Origin: Lingula anatina
Taxonomy: Eukaryota > Animalia > Brachiopoda
NCBI GenBank assembly: GCA_051362555.1
Contig: CM120641.1
Coordinates: 44,398,401 to 44,462,400, forward strand
Direction: 5' to 3'
DNA: 64,000 bases
Shown: in pieces, positions 61,745 to 64,000 of the stretch
Layout of the letters: the number at the start of each line of letters is the position of its first letter
How positions within the stretch are numbered: the stretch's first letter is position 1
The notes under the pieces: model-generated
Seen by the model: the letters and a program-made list of their open reading frames with translations, nothing else
Database searches by the model: none
What the model was told of the DNA's origin: nothing
Translations under genes and position numbers: made by a program

Positions 61745-64000
61745 TTTATTGTACCACCAGCGTTAGCGCTGGCGGTACACATGGTTTCGGTCCCGTCCAG
61801 ATCGTTCCGCCGGCTCCGCCGGCTCCGCCGGACGGCTACCGTTACCGCTTCTCCTCCTAGACGGTAAGGGCCCCCGTACCCATCTCATGGATTTAGGTCA
61901 CCTATAATCTCAACTCGTTCCACGTAAAATTTGGGCTTTGTCGGTATTGGGGTCTGGGTGTGGCACTCATTACAATGCACCCTTGTCTAAAAATGGCAAA
62001 ATTAAATGCTAATTATCTACCCTACTGAAGGAGTTATGCGAAAAATTTCTATAGACGGCTTTCCAAAAGTCATATGTGTAGATTTCAAATATACCCTTGG
62101 ATTTGACCTTTGACCTTTACTTCAAGGTCAAATGGGCCAAAATTTTCAAAAAAATGAAATTTTTTACGAAAAAAAATTTTTTTGCCCTGTTATTCAGACA
62201 CTAAACAGACTTAACCAATAATATTATTGGAAAGTGTTACCCTTCAGGTCATCTTTCATCTCCATGAATTTGGGGTCAATCGGTGCATTTTCACGGGAGT
62301 AGCGGCCATAAGATACCGAAACTGAAAACTGTCTCTAATTCGGGAACCGTTAATGCTAGAGACCCATTCTTTTTTGCATTTTGTAGAGCATGTAAAGCCC
62401 AACACTGGAAGTGGTCTCGGTTTTTTTGTATTCCATACGGTTTTTGAGTTACGCTGTATCAAAAAGTACATATTGGTGGTAAAAGCAAAATGTGCAGTAC
62501 GGTAATGGATAATAAATTTTGAACTCTGGAAAAATAAAACATAAGGCTTGGAAAAGCAGACAACTTGTGTTCAAAAATGACATTATTTCATCAAATTTGA
62601 ACTTCTGAAACTTCAGAGCACCTCCTATTTCAAGAATTTTGACCAAAATGACATTTTCTTTATTTTAATTAATTTTTTCTGTACGAAATTTAAGGCACAT
62701 TATGGTAACTCCAAAATTATAACATTTAGTCCCTTATATCTCCAAAACTGGCAGAGATAGGTCCATAGTTACTATTGAAGTTGAATAGGAAGTCATATAC
62801 TGGCTATCTTTCTGTGACCTTAAAATTGACCTTTGACCTACTTTTCACCATGAACTGAACTTTGCAAATTTTGCTTCCCTTTTATCTCCAAAACTGGCAG
62901 AGATAGGTCCATAGTTACTATTGAAGTTGAATAGGAAGTCATATACTGGCAATCTAAATGTGATCTTAAAATTGACCTTTGACCTACTTTTTACCATGAA
63001 CTGAACTTTGCAAATTTTGCTTCCCTTTTATCTCCAAAACTGGCAGAGATAGGTCCGTAGTTACTTTTGAACTTGAATAGGAAGTCATATACTGGCAATC
63101 TTAATGTGACCTTGAAATTGACCTTTGACCTACTTTTCACCATGAATTGAACTTTGCAAATTTTGCTTTCCTTTTATCTCCAAAACTGGCAGAGATAGGT
63201 CCGTAGTTACTATTGAACTTGAATAGGAAGTCATATACTGGCAATCTAAATGTGACCTTTAAATTGACCTTTGACCTACTTTACACCATGAACTGAATTT
63301 TGCAAATTTTGATTTTCTTTTATCTCCAAAACTGGCAGAGATAGGTCCGTAGTTACTATTGAACTTGAATAGAAAGTCATATACTGGCAATCTAAATGTG
63401 ACCTTGAAATTGACCTTTGACCTACTTTTCACCATGAATTGAACTTTGCAAATTTTGCTTTCCTTTTATCTCCAAAACTGGCAGAGATAGGTCCGTAGTT
63501 ACTATTGAACTTGAATAGGAAGTCATATACTGGCAATCTATATGTGACCTTAAAATTGACCTTTGACCTACTTTTCACCATGAACTGAATTTTGCAAATT
63601 TTGCTTTTCTTTTATCTCCAAAACTGGCTGAGATAGGTCCGTAGTTACTATTGAACTTGAATAGGAAGTCATATACTGGCAATCTAAATGTGACCTTGAA
63701 ATTGACCTTTGACCTACTTTTCACCATGAATTGAACTTTGCAAATTTTGCTTTCCTTTTATCTCCAAAACTGGCAGAGATAGGTCCGTAGTTACTATTGA
63801 ACTTGAATAGGAAGTCATATACTGGCAATCTATGTGACCTTAAAATTGACCTTTGACCTACTTTTCACCATGAACTGAATTTTGCAAATTTTTTTCCCTT
63901 TTATCTCCAAAACTGGCAGAGATAGGTCCATAGTTACTATTGAACTTGAATAGGAAGTCATATACTGGCAATCTAAATGTGACCTTAAAATTGACCTTTG
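61745..64000 (+). mobile_element. HINE-like element (5' part) in a beta-spectrin intron, truncated by the window end
   Basis: TTTATT start, 5' hairpin tgtaccaccagcg-ttag-cgctggcggtaca, (tccgccggc)x3 microsatellite-like tract, then a TGACCTT-rich body and a tandem array. Confidence 0.7.
62737..64000. repeat. 146-bp satellite array, more than 8 copies
   Basis: tatctccaaaactggc starts at 62737, 62883, 63029, 63175, 63321, 63467, 63613, 63759 and 63902. Confidence 0.97.

Noticed and set aside
62737-64000. Regular repeat array considered as CRISPR-like
   Set aside because: Units are contiguous with no unique spacers and the context is eukaryotic; it is a satellite.

Overview
AT-rich, intron-rich animal genomic DNA, probably a lophotrochozoan such as a mollusc (inferred from gene structure and repeat types). 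Five protein-coding genes were reconstructed by hand from GT-AG splice sites and reading-frame continuity. (1) A 4-TM MS4A/CD20-like gene on the minus strand (2672-8956), apparently with three alternative TATA-driven coding first exons. (2) A divergent class A GPCR-like gene with an uninterrupted CDS (minus, 10554-11963). (3) NudE (NDE1/NDEL1 co-orthologue, minus, 14713-25823) with two candidate alternative last exons. (4) MARF1/Limkain-b1 (plus, 27465-40468, 24 coding exons, about 1529 aa), head-to-head with NudE as in human. (5) The first three coding exons of beta-spectrin (plus, 48146-57714), which continues beyond the window. Non-coding DNA holds several MITEs (two with Harbinger-type 3-bp TSDs), three Helentron-associated (HINE-like) elements with internal satellite arrays, a decayed inverted pair of Penelope-type minimal hammerhead motifs, and several local duplications of splice sites or exon ends. 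No rRNA, tRNA or CRISPR was seen. All calls are by eye, without database searches or transcript data.
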